DNA of 64,000 nucleotides from Pavona decussata (Eukaryota): NCBI GenBank assembly GCA_977016875.1, contig CDRNST010000123.1, positions 2,232,001 to 2,296,000 of the forward strand, read 5' to 3'. Shown piece by piece: positions 61,948 to 64,000 of this stretch (position 1 is its first letter; each line of letters starts with the position of its first letter). The notes under the pieces were generated by a model. It saw only the letters and a program-made list of their open reading frames with translations, ran no database searches and was not told where the DNA came from. The position numbers and the translations under genes were made by a program.

Positions 61948-62758
61948 TTCTTGGCAACTTTGATTTTAAGACTCATTGTGACATCTGCGTCTGCTTTTTT
62001 CTATCTACATGTCAATGGAATTATTACCACTGTTCTATATCTTTTATTTGCAAAGGAGCGGTTTTCAATAGGATTGTCAAAAGCGATTCACATTTACTTC
62101 AGTTTAATGTTACTCGCCTTTATGATCGGCTATGTAAAGATTCGCACTACTCGACCAATCAATTGTGAGTAAAACTGCCACTCGATGTTACTGCAGTTAC
62201 CAGTGGTTTCATAGCTTGGTTATTCGGCATTTGCCTCGATTCATAGCACACCTTTTCAAACAAAAGAACCTTCAACCGCGCGCAGGCGCAACTGTAATAA
62301 TAGCTATTTTGGTGTCTTTGCAGATTGCCTGTGTTTGTCATTGTTATCCAGGGTGATTAGTAGCTGCTTATTATTCACTGCTCCTTAGAGTGTGATTCAT
62401 CTTGATATTACGCTTTGTGCCAAAACAAGAAAGAGAAAAAAAAAAAGAATCGTACGTGCAAATCTCGTGATTTGTTTAGTGTATCCGCATTCTTAATTGG
62501 TACTTTATCGGAGTTTTTCATATCGGGATCACATTCTGTGTTAACAATGTATTGTACTGAAACCAAAGGTTATAATTCCGCTAAACTAATAAAGACAGAA
62601 TGTCCAGAGCTAATTTATCTTGTTTTCTTAAGAATGGCCAAGCTTGCTCTTTCATATTGAAAGACATCTGAATGAACATATGAGATGTCGTACATTTTGA
62701 ACTGCAGATTATTGCATTTATGTATACGCAGCTCGTCGGTCACTATTTCGGCTCACAA

Positions 62759-63050
62759 AGGCCCGTTTAAACGGTTTCAACATTTGCTTCAACATGCGTT
62801 CAACACTTTGTTGAACCAAATGTCGGGGGCGTTTGAACAGGTCGTTCAACATTGTGGAAAGTGTAAAAAATGTTGAAAGCTGTTTGAATCAAATATGAAT
62901 CGATTCAACATTCCCTTTGCTCTTGAAAAGTTGAATGGCGTTGAAGCCGTTTGAACACTCCGTTCAACATGTGTCCAGCATTTGCCCAACATCCGTTCAA
63001 CTTTTGTTGAACGAACGTTGGTCAAATGTTGAAACCTTTTAAACAGGCCT
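62759..63050. mobile_element. Harbinger-like MITE
   Basis: AGGCCCGTTTAAACGGTTTCAACATTTG ... CAAATGTTGAAACCTTTTAAACAGGCCT; internal TTCAACA/TGTTGAA repeats. Confidence 0.8.
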
Positions 63051-63062
63051 TAAGAAGAAGAC

Positions 63063-63230
63063 TTGAGGTTTCGAGCGTTAGCGCTTCGTCTGAGCGAAGG
63101 AGCTCGGGAGAAGGACTAACGCTCTAAACGTCAGCACTCGAATCTCTTTACGGTGGCGAAATGACCTTATCAACTCTTATCCCACTCCCCACGACGCAGC
63201 ACCACAGCTTCTTTAGAAACTAACCCCCTT
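63063..63230. mobile_element. Penelope-like terminal repeat remnant with degenerate hammerhead-like palindrome (related fragment about 58150-58265)
   Basis: GTTTCGAGCGTTAGC.CTTCGTC.GA ... GAAGG.CTAACGCTC.AAACGTC followed by CTCTTTACGGTGG..CCTTATCAACTC..GACGCAGCACCACAG.TTCTTTAGAAACTAACCC. Confidence 0.55.
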
Positions 63231-64000
63231 ATCCATTTGAAATGTCAATAAAAATTGTTTATTCTTACGCTTGTCCTAAAAGTTCACCAAAGATGGATTT
63301 AAGTTGCATCTAAATAAATAACTCAAATGGCCTAGAAATGCCTTCATTTTGACAAAGAATGCGTTTGTTTTGTTTGTTTGTTCAATGTTAATTTAGTATG
63401 ATTTTTCATATATTTCTCCTAAAAATACTTGTTGACTTCAAGCTACACTAATTACGTTACTTCTATACAGTGTGTCATCAGAACCCTGCGGTTGATATCC
63501 AAGATTTTTTTTTTGTTGTTTTTTTTTTTTACACATAGCTGGAAAGTTCCCCAAAGGTGGAACCTCATTTATGATGCCTATTAATAAATACCGTCCTTGC
63601 TTCTGACAAAAAATACTTGTGTTTTAGTTATTTTCTCCGTTCTGTTTCCCATAGTTCAAATTAGAATGCGCCATGGGAAGATGCGCTAAATCTTTGATAT
63701 GAATGTCAAACTTGGCGTATACACACTCGGAAACATAGCGAAAATGCATGCGCGATTCGTGTCTAGCCGAGTGTAGGTGAATCGTGCAAATATCTAGGGG
63801 ACCAAGAAAAATTGAGAATTACCACTACAAAATCATGACTTTCGTTTGGGCGGAAGACGTAAATAAATTCATAAAATTGATTAGAATGTCCACGCAATTC
63901 AGCTGCTGGAACCATAATGAATACATACTGAGACCTATTACTCCTTCCTAGCTGAGCTGTTAATCCCCAGATAATCAATAAAGCCAAGGTATACTTCGTG

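Noticed and set aside
61367-62172. Track ORFs 61367-61741 and 61866-62168 as genes
   Set aside because: They overlap exons 3 and 4 of the peptide gene in the wrong frames and run into intron or UTR sequence.

Overview
Eukaryotic, intron-rich animal DNA, most likely a cnidarian and probably a stony coral (inferred from nematocyst-type cysteine-rich domains and the repeat families). 1-8121 is the right arm of an apparently intact Polinton/Maverick (adintovirus-like) endogenous virus. It carries the probable start of the major capsid gene, a pVI-like protein, penton, an A32 packaging ATPase, a long fibre-like protein, a VLTF3-like transcription factor and a ...TACTACT terminus. It sits in an intron of a host gene whose empty site is visible in a paralogue at 29848. 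Inside the virus, upstream of VLTF3, is a 43-bp cluster of NF-kB, ATF/CEBP, STAT and IRF motifs, and the virion genes share a TAGTATAATG start motif; together these suggest an immune/stress-inducible viral cascade. The host part is a tandem cluster of three NOWA-like secreted genes (CAP + C-type lectin + split SEA + CxxxCxxxCxxxCxxxCC domains + Pro-rich). Copy A (8796-15032) is truncated and probably decaying. Copy B (25893-43761) adds VWA-LamG-EGF and has one in-frame stop. Copy C (48656-56357) is divergent and looks intact. A 4-exon gene missed by the ORF track (60159-61947) encodes a toxin-like prepropeptide with a 6-Cys mature peptide. Also present: a decayed Gypsy LTR element with a 5-bp TSD, a pogo fragment, many MITEs, SINE and Penelope remnants, and a 169-N gap. 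All exon models were read by eye and need RNA confirmation.
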